Of a stretch of 64,000 nucleotides of DNA, positions 41,001 through 54,290 are shown piece after piece. The stretch lies in assembly GCF_009914755.1 (NCBI RefSeq), contig NC_060926.1. The stretch is one strand, 5' to 3'. Under the pieces are notes generated by a model. That model ran no database searches. It saw nothing but the letters and a program-made list of their open reading frames with translations, and was not told where the DNA came from. Every line of letters starts with the position of its first letter. The first letter of the stretch is position 1. The DNA is from the human T2T-CHM13v2.0 reference genome, Homo sapiens. The translations under genes and the position numbers were made by a program.

Positions 41001-43429
41001 CAATGTCAGAAACTTTTTCATGATGTATCTACTCAGCTAACAGAGTTGAACCTTTCTTTTGAGAGAGCAGTTTTGAAACACTCTTTTTGTGGAATCTGCA
41101 AGTGGATATTTGTCTAGCTTTGAGGATTTCGTTCGAAACGGGATTACATATAAAAAGCAGACAGCAGCATTCCCAGAAACTTCTTTGTGAAGTTTGCATT
41201 CAAGTCACAGAGTTGAACATTGCCTTTCATAGAGCAGGTTTGAAACACTCTTTTTGTAGTATCTGGATGTGGACATTTGGAGCGCTTTCAGGCCTATGGT
41301 GAAAAAGGAAATATCTTCCCCTGAAAACTAGACAGAAGCATTCTCAGAATCTTATTTGTGATGTGCGCCCTCAACTAACAGTGTTGAAGCTTTCTTTTGA
41401 TAGAGCAGTTTTGAAACACTCTTTTTGTAAAATCTGCAAGAGGATATTTGGATAGCTTTGAGGATTTTGTTGGAAACGGGATTGTCTTCATATAAACTCT
41501 AGACAGAAGCATTCTCAGAAGCTTCATTGGGATGTTTCAATTGAAGTCACAGTGTTGAACAGTCCCTTTCATAGAGCAGGTTTGAAACACTCTTTGTAGT
41601 ATCTGGAAGTGGACATTTGGAGCGCTCTCAGGACTACGGTGAAAAAGGAAGTATCTTCTAATAAAAGCTAGATAGAAGCAATGTCAGAAACTTTTTCATG
41701 ATGTATCTACTCAGCTAACAGAGTTGAACCTTTCTTTTGAGAGAGCAGTTTTGAAACACTCTTTTTGTGGAATCTGCAAGTGGATATTTGTCTAGCTTTG
41801 AGGATTTCGTTGGAAACGGGATTACATATAAAAAGCAGACAGCAGCATTCCCAGAAACTTCTTTGTGATGTTTGCATTCAAGTCACACAGTTGAACTTTC
41901 CCTTTCATAGAGCAGGTTTGAAACACTCTTTTTGTAGTATCTGGATGTGGACATTTGGAGCGCTTTCAGGCTTATGGTGAAAAAGTAAATATCTTCCCCT
42001 GAAAACTAGACAGAAGCACTCTCAGAATTTTATTTGTGATGTGCGCCCTCAACTAACAGTGTTGAAGCTTTCTTTTGATAGAGCAGTTTTGAAACACTCT
42101 TTTTGTAAAATCTGCAAGAGGATATTTGGATAGCTTTGAGGATTTCTTTGAAAACTGGATTGTCTTCATATAAACTCTAGACAGAAGCATTCTCAGAAGC
42201 TTCATTGGGATGTTTCAATTGAAGTCACAGTGTTGAACAGTCCCTTTCATAGAGCAGGTTTGAAACACTCTTTTTGTAGTATCTGGATGTGGACATTTGG
42301 AGCGCTTTCAGGCCTATGGTGAAAAAGGAAATATCTTCCCCTGAAAACTAGACAGAAGCATTCTCAGAAACTTATTTGTGATGTGCGCCCTCAACTAACA
42401 GTGTTGAAGCTTTCTTTTGATAGAGCAGTTTTGAAACACTCTTTTTGTGGAATCTGCAAGTGGATATTTGTCTAGCTTTGAGGATTTCGTTGGAAACGGG
42501 ATTACATATAAAAAGCAGACAGCAGCATTCCCAGAATCTTCTTTGGGATGTTTGCATTCAAGTCACAGAGTTGAACATTCCCTTTCATAGAGCAGGTTTG
42601 AAACACTCTTTTTATAGTATCTGGATGTGGACATTTGGAGCGCTTTCAGGCCTATGGTGAAAAGGGAAATATCTTCTCCTGAAAACTAGACAGAAGCATT
42701 CTCAGAATCTTATTTGTGATGTGCGCCCTCAACTAACAGTGTTGAACCTTTCTTTTGATAGAGCAGTTTTGAAACACTCTTTTTGTAAAATCTGCAAGAG
42801 GATATTTGGATAGCTTTGAGGATTTCATTGGAAACGGGATTGTCTTCATATAAACTCTAGACAGAAGCATTCTCAGAAGCTTCATTGGGATGTTTCAATT
42901 GAAGTCACAGTGTTGGACAGTCCCTTTCATAGAGCAGGTTTGAAACACTCTTTTTGTAGTATCTGGAAGTGGACATTTGGAGCGATCTCAGGACTACGGT
43001 GAAAAAGGAAATATCTTCCAATAAAAGCTACATAGAAGCAATGTCAGAAACTTTTTCATGATGTATCTACTCAGCTAACAGAGTTGAACCTTTCTTTTGA
43101 GAGAGCAGTTTTGAAACACTCTTTTTGTGGAATCTGCAAGTGGATATTTGTCTAGCTTTGAGGATTTCGTTGGAAACGGGATTACATATAAAAAGCAGAC
43201 AGCAGCATTCCCAGTAACTTCTTTGTGATGTTTGCATTCAAGTCACAGAGTTGAACATTCCCTTTCATAGAGCAGGTTTGAAACACTCTTTTTGTAGTAT
43301 CTGGATGTGGACATTTGGAGCGCTTTCAGGCCTATGGTGAAAAAGGAAATATCTTCCCCTGAAAACTAGACAGAAGCATTCTCAGAATCTTATTTGTGAT
43401 ATGCGCTCTCAACTAACAGTGTTGCAGCT

Positions 43430-46400
43430 TTCTTTTGATAGAGCAGTTTTGAAACACTCTTTTTGTAAAATCTGCAAGAGGATATTTGGATAGCTTTGAG
43501 GATTTCGTTGGAAACGGGATTGTCTTCATATAAACTCTAGACAGAAGCATTCTCAGAAGCTTCATTGGGATGTTTCAATTGAAGTCACAGTGTTGAACAG
43601 TCCCTTTCATAGAGCAGGTTTGAAACACTCTTTTTGTAGTATCTGGAAGTGGACATTTGGAGAGATCTCAGGAATACGGTGATAAAGGAAATATCTTCCA
43701 ATAAAAGCTAGATAGAAGCAATGTCAGAAACTTTTTCATGATGTATCTACTCAGCTAACAGAGTTGAACCTTTCTTTTGAGAGAGCAGTTTTGAAACACT
43801 CTTTTTGTGGAATCTGCAAGTGGATATTTGTCTAGCTTTGAGGATTTCGTTGGAAACGGGATTACACATAAAAAGCAGAGAGCAGCATTCCCACAAACTT
43901 CTTTGCGATGTTTGCATTCAAGTCACAGAGTTGAACATTCCCTTTCATAGAGGAGGTTTGAAACACTCTTTTTGTACTATCTGGATGTGGACATTTGGAG
44001 CGCTTTCAAGCCTAAGGTGAAAAAGGAAATATCTTCCCCTGAAAACTAGACAGAAGCATTCTCAGAAACTTATTTGTGATGTGCGCCCTCAACTAACACT
44101 GTTGAACCTTTCTCTTGATAGAGCAGTTTTGAAACACTCTTTTTGTAATATCTGCAAGAGGATATTTGGATAGCTTTGAGGATTTCGTTGGAAACGGGAT
44201 TGTCTTCATATAAACTCTAGACAGAAGCATTCTCAGAAGCTTCATTGGGATGTTTCAATTGAAGTCACAGTGTTGAACAGTCCCTTTCATAGAGCAGGTT
44301 TGAAACACTCTTTTTGTAGTATCTGGAAGTGGACATTTGGAGAGATCTCAGGAATACGGTGATAAAGGAAATATCTTCCAATAAAAGCTAGATAGAAGCA
44401 ATGTCAGAAACTTTTTCATGATGTATCTACTCAGCTAACAGAGTTGAACCTTTCTTTTGAGAGAGCAGTTTTGAAACACTCTTTTTGTGGAATCTGCAAG
44501 TGGATATTTGTCTAGCTTTGAGGATTTCGTTGGAAACGGGATTACATATAAAAAGCAGACAGCAGCATTCCCAGAATCTTCTTTGTGATGTTTGCATTCA
44601 AGTCACAGAGTTGAACATTCCCTTTCATAGAGCAGGTTTGAAACACTCTTTTTATAGTATCTGGATGTGGACATTTGGAGCGCTTTCAGGCCTATGGTGA
44701 AAAAGGAAATATCTTCCCCTGAAAACTAGACAGAAGCATTCTCAGAATCTTATTTGTGATGTGCGCCCTCAACTAACAGTGTTGAACCTTTCTTTTGATA
44801 GAGCAGTTTTGAAACACTCTTTTTGTAATATCTGCAAGAGGATATTTGCATAGCTTTGAGGATTTCGTTGGAAACGGGATTGTCTTCATATAAACTCTAG
44901 ACAGAAGCATTCTCAGAAGCTTCATTGGGATGTTTCAATTGAAGTCACAGTGTTGAACAGTCCCTTTCATAGAGCAGGTTTGAAACACTCTTTTTGTAGT
45001 ATCTGGAAGTGGACATTTGGAGAGATCTTAGGAATAAGGTGATAAAGGAAATATCTTCCAATAAAAGCTAGATAGAAGCAATGTCAGAAACTTTTTCATG
45101 ATGTATCTACTCAGCTAACAGAGTTGAACCTTTCTTTTGAGAGAGCAGTTTTGAAACACTATTTTTGTGGAATCTGCAAGTGGATATTTGTCTAGCATTG
45201 AGGATTTCGTTGGAAACGGGATTACATATAAAAAGCAGACAGCAGCATTCCCAGAAACTTCTTTGTGAAGTTAGCATTCAAGTCACAGAGTTGAACATTC
45301 CCTTTCATAGAGCAGGTTTGAAACACTCTTTTTGTAGTATCTGGATGTGGACATTTGGAGCGCTTTCAGGCCTATGGTGAAAAAGGAAATATCTTCCCCT
45401 GAAAACTAGACAGAAGCATTCTCAGAATCTTATTTGTGATGTGCGCCCTCAACTAACAGTGTTGAAGCTTTCTTTTGATAGGGCAGTTTTGAAACACTCT
45501 TTTTGTAAAATCTGCAAGAGGATATTTGGATAGCTTTGAGGATTTCTTTGGAAACTGGATTGTCTTCATATAAACTCTAGACAGAAGCATTCTCAGAAGC
45601 TTCATTGGGATGTTTCAATTGAAGTCACAGTGTTGAACAGTCCCTTTCATAGAGCAGGTTTGAAACACTCTTTTTTTAGTATCTGGATGTGGACATTTGG
45701 AGCGCTTTCAGGCCTATGGTGAAAAAGGAAATATCTTCCCCTGAAAACTAGACAGAAGCACTCTCAGAATTTTATTTGTGATGTGCGCCCTCAACTAACA
45801 GTGTTGAAGCTTTCTTTTGATAGAGCAGTTTTGAAACACTGTTTTTGTAAAATCTGAAAGAGGATATTTGGATAGCTTTGAGGATTTCTTTGGAAACTGG
45901 ATTGTCTTCATATAAACTCTAGACAGAAGCATTCTCAGAAGCTTCATTGGGATGTTTCAATTGAAGTCACAGTGTTGAACAGTCCCTTTCATAGAGCAGG
46001 TTTGAAACACTCTTTTTGTAGTATCTGGATGTGGACATTTGGAGCGCTTTCAGGCATATGGTGAAAAAGGAAATATCTTCCCCTGAAAACTAGACAGAAG
46101 CATTCTCAGAAACTTATTTGTGATGTGCGCCCTCAACTAACAGTGTTGAAGCTTTCTTTTGATAGAGCAGTTTTGAAACACTCTTTTTGTGGAATCTGCA
46201 AGTGGATATTTGTCTAGCTTTGAGGATTTCGTTGGAAACGGGAATACATATAAAAAGCAGACAGCAGCATTCCCAGAATCTTCTTTGTGATGTTTGCATT
46301 CAAGTCACAGAGTTGAACATTCCCTTTCATAGAGCAGGATTGAAACACTCTTTTTATAGTATCTGGATGTGGACATTTGGAGCGCTTTCAGGCCTATGGT

Positions 46401-49400
46401 GAAAAGGGAAATATCTTCTCCTGAAAACTAGACAGAAGCATTCTCAGAATCTTATTTGTGATGTGCGCCCTCAACTAACAGTGTTGAAGCTTTCTTTTGA
46501 CAGAGCAGTTTTGAAACACTCTTTTTATCTGCAAGTGGTTATTTGTCTAGCTTTGAGGATTTCGTTGGAAACGGGATTACATATAAAAAGCAGACAGCAG
46601 CATTCCCAGAATCTTGTTTGTGATGTTTGCATTCAAGTCACAGAGTTGAACATTCCCTTTCAGAGAGCAGGTTTGAAACACTCTTTTTATAGTATCTGGA
46701 TGTGGACATTTGGAGCGCTTTCAGGCCTATGGTGAAAAAGGAAATATCTTCTCCTGAAAACTAGACAGAAGCATTCTCAGAATCTTATTTGTGATGTGCG
46801 CCCTCAACTAACAGTGTTGAAGCTTTCTTTTGATAGAGCAGTTTTGAAACACTCTTTTTGTAAAATCTGCAAGAGGATATTTGGATAGCTTTGAGGATTT
46901 CGTTGGAAACGGGATTGTCTTCATATAAACTCTAGACAGAAGCATTCTCAGAAGCTTCATTGGGATGTTTCAATTGAAGTCACAGTGTTGAACAGTCCCT
47001 TTCATAGAGCAGGTTTGAAACACTCTTTTTGTAGTATCTGGAAGTGGACATTTGGAGAGATCTCAGGAATACGGTGATAAAGGAAATATCTTCCAATAAA
47101 AGCTAGATAGAAGCAATGTCAGAAACTTTTTCATGATGTATCTACTCAGCTAACAGAGTTGAACCTTTCTTTTGAGAGAGCAGTTTTGAAACACTCTTTT
47201 TGGGGAATCTGCAAGTGGATATTTGTCTAGCTTTGAGGATTTCGTTGGAAACGGGATTACACATAAAAAGCAGAGAGCAGCATTCCCACAAACTTCTTTG
47301 CGATGTTTGCATTCAAGTCACAGAGTTGAACATTCCCTTTCATAGAGCAGGTTTGAAACACTCTTTTTGTACTATCTGGATGTGGACATTGGGAGCGCTT
47401 TCAAGCCTATGGTGAAAAAGGAAATATCTTCCCCTGAAAACTAGACAGAAGCATTCTCAGAAACTTATTTGTGATGTGCGCCCTCAACTAACACTGTTGA
47501 ACCTTTCTCTTGATAGAGCAGTTTTGAAACACTCTTTTTGTAATATCTGCAAGAGGATATTTGGATAGCTTTGAGGATTTCGTTGGAAACGGGATTGTCT
47601 TCATATAAACTCTAGACAGAAGCATTCTCAGAAGCTTCATTGGGATGTTTCAATTGAAGTCACAGTGTTGAACAGTCCCTTTCATAGAGCAGGTTTGAAA
47701 CACTCTTTTTGTAGTATCTGGAAGTGGACATTTGGAGAGATCTCAGGAATACGGTGATAAAGGAAATATCTTCCAATAAAAGCTAGATAGAAGCAATGTC
47801 AGAAACTTTTTCATGATGTATCTACTCAGCTAACAGAGTTGAACCTTTCTTTTGAGAGAGCAGTTTTGAAACACTCTTTTTGTGGAATCTGCAAGTGGAT
47901 ATTTGTCTAGCTTTGAGGATTTCGTTGGAAACGGGATTACATATAAAAAGCAGACAGCAGCATTCCCAGAATCTTCTTTGTGATGTTTGCATTCAAGTCA
48001 CAGAGTTGAACATTCCCTTTCATAGAGCAGGTTTGAAACACTCTTTTTATAGTATCTGGATGTGGACATTTGGAGCGCTTTCAGGCCTATGGTGAAAAAG
48101 GAAATATCTTCCCCTGAAAACTAGACAGAAGCATTCTCAGAATCTTATTTGTGATGTGCGCCCTCAACTAAGAGTGTTGAACCTTTCTTTTGATAGAGCA
48201 GTTTTGAAACACTCTTTTTGTAATATCTGCAAGAGGATATTTGCATAGCTTTGAGGATTTCGTTGGAAACGGGATTGTCTTCATATAAACTCTAGACAGA
48301 AGCATTCTCAGAAGCTTCATTGGGATGTTTCAATTGAAGTCACAGTGTTGAACAGTCCCTTTCATAGAGCAGGTTTGAAACACTCTTTTTGTAGTATCTG
48401 GAAGTGGACATTTGGAGAGATCTCAGGAATACGGTGATAAAGGAAATATCTTCCAATAAAAGCTAGATAGAAGCAATGTCAGAAACTTTTTCATGATGTA
48501 TCTACTCAGCTAACAGAGTTGAACCTTTCTTTTGAGAGAGCAGTTTTGAAACACTCTTTTTGTGGAATCTGCAAGTGGATATTTGTCTAGCATTGAGGAT
48601 TTCGTTGGAAACGGGATTACATATAAAAAGCAGACAGCAGCATTCCCAGAAACTTCTTTGTGAAGTTAGCATTCAAGTCACAGAGTTGAACATTCCCTTT
48701 CATAGAGCAGGTTTGAAACACTCTTTTTGTAGTATCTGGATGTGGACATTTGGAGCGCTTTCAGGCCTATGGTGAAAAAGGAAATATCTTCCCCTGAAAA
48801 CTAGACAGAAGCATTCTCAGAATCTTATTTGTGATGTGCGCCCTCAACTAACAGTGTTGAAGCTTTCTTTTGATAGAGCAGTTTTGAAACACTCTTTTTG
48901 TAAAATCTGCAAGAGGATATTTGGATAGCTTTGAGGATTTCTTTGGAAACTGGATTGTCTTCATATAAACTCTAGACAGAAGCATTCTCAGAAGCTTCAT
49001 TGGGATGTTTCAATTGAAGTCACAGTGTTGAACAGTCCCTTTCATAGAGCAGGTTTGAAACACTCTTTTTTTAGTATCTGGATGTGGACATTTGGAGCGC
49101 TTTCAGGCCTATGGTGAAAAAGGAAATATCTTCCCCTGAAAACTAGACAGAAGCACTCTCAGAATTTTATTTGTGATGTGCGCCCTCAACTAACAGTGTT
49201 GAAGCTTTCTTTTGATAGAGCAGTTTTGAAACACTCTTTTTGTAAAATCTGAAAGAGGATATTTGGATAGCTTTGAGGATTTCTTTGGAAACTGGATTGT
49301 CTTCATATAAACTCTAGACAGAAGCATTCTCAGAAGCTTCATTGGGATGTTTCAATTGAAGTCACAGTGTTGAACAGTCCCTTTCATAGAGCAGGTTTGA

Positions 49401-50080
49401 AACACTCTTTTTGTAGTATCTGGATGTGGACATTTGGAGCGCTTTCAGGCATATGGTGAAAAAGGAAATATCTTCCCCTGAAAACTAGACAGAAGCATTC
49501 TCAGAAACTTATTTGTGATGTGCGCCCTCAACTAACAGTGTTGAAGCTTTCTTTTGATAGAGCAGTTTTGAAACACTCTTTTTGTGGAATCTGCAAGTGG
49601 ATATTTGTCTAGCTTTGAGGATTTCGTTGGAAACGGGAATACATATAAAAAGCAGACAGCAGCATTCCCAGAATCTTCTTTGTGATGTTTGCATTCAAGT
49701 CACAGAGTTGAACATTCCCTTTCATAGAGCAGGATTGAAACACTCTTTTTATAGTATCTGGATGTGGACATTTGGAGCGCTTTCAGGCCTATGGTGAAAA
49801 GGGAAATATCTTCTCCTGAAAACTAGACAGAAGCATTCTCAGAATCTTATTTGTGATGTGCGCCCTCAACTAACAGTGTTGAAGCTTTCTTTTGACAGAG
49901 CAGTTTTGAAACACTCTTTTTATCTGCAAGTGGATATTTGTCTAGCTTTGAGGATTTCGTTGGAAACGGGATTACATATAAAAAGCAGACAGCAGCATTC
50001 CCAGAATCTTGTTTGTGATGTTTGCATTCAAGTCACAGAGTTGAACATTCCCTTTCAGAGAGCAGGTTTGAAACACTCTT
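43430..50080 (+). repeat. Tandem duplication of a composite 20-monomer block, period 3395 bp (680+680+1022+333+680)
   Basis: Private variants recur at +3395: TTACACATAAAAAGCAGAGAG, AACACTGTTGAACCTTTCTCTTG, TTTGCATAGC, TAGCATTGAGG, paired TTTCTTTGGAAACTGGA boxes, AGGCATATGG, AGCAGGATTG and the 5-bp deletion. Confidence 0.92.
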
Positions 50081-53000
50081 TTTATATTATCTGGATGTGG
50101 ACATTTTGAGCGCTTTCAGGCCTATGGTGAAAAAGGAAATATCTTCTCCTGAAAACTAGACAGAAGCATTCTCAGAATCTTATTTGTGATGTGCGCCCTC
50201 AACTAACAGTGTTGAAGCTTTCTTTTGATAGAGCAGTTTTGAAACACTCTTTTTGTAAAATTTGCAAGAGGATATTTGGATAGCTTTGAGAATTTCATTG
50301 GAAACGGGATTGTCTTCATATAAACTCTAGACAGAAGCATTCTCAGAAGCTTCATTGGGATGTTTCAATTGAAGTCACAGTGTTGAACAGTCCCTTTCAT
50401 AGAGCAGGTTTGAAACACTCTTTTTGTAGTATCTGGAAGTGGACATTTGGAGCGCTCTCAGGACTACGGTGAAAAAGGAAATATCTTCCAATAAAAGCTA
50501 CATAGAAGCAATGTCAGAAACTTTTTCATGATGTATCTACTCAGCTAACAGAGTTGAACCTTTCTTTTGAGAGAGCAGTTTTGAAACACTCTTTTTGTGG
50601 AATCTGGAAGTGGATATTTGTCTAGCTTTGAGGATTTCGTTGGAAACGGGATTACATATAAAAAGCAGACAGCAGCATTCCCAGTAACTTCTTTGTGATG
50701 TTTGCATTCAAGTCACAAAGTTGAACATTCCCTTTCATAGAGCAGGTTTGAAACACTCTTTTTGTAGTATCTGGATGTGGACATTTGGAGCACTTTCAGG
50801 CCTATGGTGAAAAAGGAAATATCTTCCCCTGAAAACTAGACAGAAGCATTCTCAGAATCTTATTTGTGATGTGCGCCCTCAACTAACAGTGTTGAACCTT
50901 TCTTTTGATAGAGCAGTTTTGAAACACTCTTTTTGTAAAATCTGCAAGAGGATATTTGGATAGCTTTGAAGATTTCGTTGGAAACGGGATTGTCTTCATA
51001 TAAACTCTAGACAGAAGCATTCTCAGAAGCTTCATTGGGATGTTTCAATTGAAGTCACAGTGTTGAACAGTCCCTTTCATAGAGGAGGTTTGAAACACTC
51101 TTTATGTAGTATCTGGAAGTGGACATTTGGAGTGATCTCAGGAATACGGTGATAAAGGAAATATCTTCCAATAAAAGCTAGATAGAAGCAATGTCAGAAA
51201 CTTTTTCATGATGTATCTACTCAGCTAACAGAGTTGAACCTTTCTTTTGAGAGAGCAGTTTTGAAACACTCTTTTTGTGGAAACTGCAAGTGGATATTTC
51301 TCTAGCTTTGAGGATTTCGTTGGAAACGGGATTACATATAAAAAGCAGACAGCAGCATTCCCAGAAACTTCTTTGTGATGTTTGCATTCAAGTCACAGAG
51401 TTGAACATTCCCTTTCATAGAGCAGGTTTGAAACACTCTTTTTGTAGTATCTGGATGTGGACATTTGGAGCGCTTTCAGGCCTATGGTGAAAAAGGAAAT
51501 ATCTTCCCCTGAAAACTAGACAGAAGCATTCTCAGAAACTTATTTGTGATGTGCGCCCTCAACTAACAGTGTTGAACCTTTCTTTTGATAGAGCAGTTTT
51601 GAAACACTCTTTTTGCAATATCTGCAAGAGGATATTTGGATAGCTTTGAGGATTTCGTTGGAAACGGGATTGTCTTCATATAAACTCTAGACAGAAGCAT
51701 TCTCAGAAGCTTCATTGGGATGTTTCAATTGAAGTCACAGTGTTGAACAGTTCCTTTCATAGAACAGGTTTGAAACACTCTTTTTGTAGTATCTGGAAGT
51801 GAACATTTGGAGCACTCTCAGGACTGCGGTGAAAAAGGAAATATCTTCCAATAAAAGCTAGATAGAAGCAATGTCAGAAACTTTTTCATGATGTATCTAC
51901 TCAGCTAACAGAGTTGAACCTTCCTTTGAGAGAGCAGTTTTGAAACACTCTTTTTGTGGAATCTGCAAGTGGATATTTGCCTAGCTTTGAGGATTTCGCT
52001 GGAAACGGGATTACATATAAAAAGCAGACAGCAGCATTCCCAGAAACTTCTTTGTGATGTTTGCATTCAAGTCACAGAGTTGAACATTCCCTTTCATAGA
52101 GCAGGTTTGAAACACTCTTTTTGTAGTATCTGTATGTGGACATTTGCAGCGCTTTCAGGCCTAAGGTGAAAAAGGAAATATCTTCCCCTGAAAACTAGAC
52201 AGAAGCATTCTCAGAAACTTATTTTTGATGTGCGCCCTCAACTAACAGTGTTGAAGCTTTCTTTTGACAGAGCAGTTTTGAAACACTCTTTTTATCTGCA
52301 AGTGGATATTTGTCTAGCTTTGAGGATTTCGTTGGAAACGGGATTACATATAAAAAGCAGACAGCAGCATTCCCAGAATCTTGTTTGTGATGTTTGCATT
52401 CAAGTCACAGAGTTGAACATTCCCTTTCAGAGAGCAGGTTTGAAACACTCTTTTTATAGTATCTGGATGTGGACATTTGGAGCGCTTTCAGGCCTATGGT
52501 GAAAAAGGAAATATCTTCTCCTGAAAACTAGACAGAAGCATTCTCAGAATCTTATTTGTGATGTGCGCCCTCAACTAACAGTGTTGAAGCTTTCTTTTGA
52601 TAGAGCAGTTTTGAAACACTCTTTTTGTAAAATCTGCAAGAGGATATTTGGATAGCTTTGAGAATTTCATTGGAAACGGGATTGTCTTCATATAAACTCT
52701 AGACAGAAGCATTCTCAGAAGCTTCATTGGGATGTTTCAATTGAAGTCACAGTGTTGAACAGTCCCTTTCATAGAGCAGGTTTGAAACACTCTTTTTGTA
52801 GTATCTGGAAGTGGACATTTGGAGCGCTCTCAGGACTACGGTGAAAAACGAAATATCTTCCAATAAAAGCTACATAGAAGCAATGTCAGAAACTTTTTCA
52901 TGATGTATCTACTCAGCTAACAGAGTTGAACCTTTCTTTTGAGAGAGCAGTTTTGAAACACTCTTTTTGTGGAATCTGGAAGTGGATATTTGTCTAGCTT

Positions 53001-54290
53001 TGAGGATTTCGTTGGAAACGGGATTACATATAAAAAGCAGACAGCAGCATTCCCAGTAACTTCTTTGTGATGTTTGCATTCAAGTCACAAAGTTGAACAT
53101 TCCCTTTCATAGAGCAGGTTTGAAACACTCTTTTTGTAGTATCTGGATGTGGACATTTGGAGCACTTTCAGGCCTATGGTGGAAAAGGAAATATCTTCCC
53201 CTGAAAACTAGACAGAAGCATTCTCAGAATCTTATTTGTGATGTGCGCCCTCAACTAACAGTGTTGAACCTTTCTTTTGATAGAGCAGTTTTGAAACACT
53301 CTTTTTGTAAAATCTACAAGAGGATATTTGGATAGCTTTGAAGATTTCGTTGGAAACGGGATTGTCTTCATATAAACTCTAGACAGAAGCATTCTCAGAA
53401 GCTTCATTGGGATGTTTCAATTGAAGTCACAGTGTTGAACAGTCCCTTTCATAGAGGAGGTGTGAAACACTCTTTTTGTAGTATCTGGAAGTGGACATTT
53501 GGAGCACTCTCAGGACTGCAGTGAAAAAGGAAATATCTTCCAATAAAAGCTAGATAGAAGCAATGTCAGAAACTTTTTCATGATGTATCTACTCAGCTAA
53601 CAGAGTTGAACCTTCCTTTGAGAGAGCAGTTTTGAAACACTCTTTTTGTGGAATCTGCAAGTGGATATTTGTCTAGCTTTGAGGATTTCGCTGGAAACGG
53701 GATTACATATAAAAAGCAGACAGCAGCATTCCCAAAAACTTCTTTGTGATGTTTGCATTCAAGTCACAGAGTTGAACATTCCCTTTCATAGAGCAGGTTT
53801 GAAACACTCTTTTTGTAGTATCTGTATGTGGACATTTGCAGCGCTTTCAGGCCTAAGGTGAAAAAGGAAATATCTTTCCCTGAAAACTAGACAGAAGCAT
53901 TCTCAGAAACTTATTTGTGATGTGCGCCCTCAACTAACAGTGTTGAAGCTTTCTTTTGACAGAGCAGTTTTGAAACAATCTTTTTATCTGCAAGTGGATA
54001 TTTGTCTAGCTTTGAGGATTTCGTTGGAAACGGGATTACATATAAAAAGCAGACAGCAGCATTCCCAGAATCTTGTTTGTGATGTTTGCATTCAAGTCAC
54101 AGAGTTGAACATTCCCTTTCAGAGAGCAGGTTTGAAACACTCTTTTTATAGTATCTGGATGTGGACATTTGGAGTGCTTTCAGGCCTATGGTGAAAAAGG
54201 AAATATCTTCTCCTGAAAACTAGACAGAAGCATTTTCAGAATCTTATTTGTGATGTGCGCCCTCAACTAACAGTGTTGAAGCTTTCTTTT
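49948..54290 (+). repeat. Duplicated 2372-bp block whose second copy (1692 bp) lacks one HOR
   Basis: Markers recur at +2372 (GAATTTCATTGG, AATCTGGAAG, CACAAAG, GAGCACTTTC, TTTGAAGATT, AGAGGAGG), then at +1692 (AGCACTCTCAGGACTGC, TTTCGCTGGAA, 5-bp deletion). Confidence 0.85.

Noticed and set aside
51994-52010. TTTCGCTGGAAACGGGA (also ~53686) and TTTCGTTCGAAACGGGA (~41127) as inactive CENP-B boxes
   Set aside because: The changes fall outside the core recognition positions, so they were not counted as disrupted.
46463-54194. Longer 83-90 aa ORFs (MRPQLTVLKLSFDRAV...)
   Set aside because: They arise only from the frameshift caused by the 5-bp deletion fusing two chance frames.
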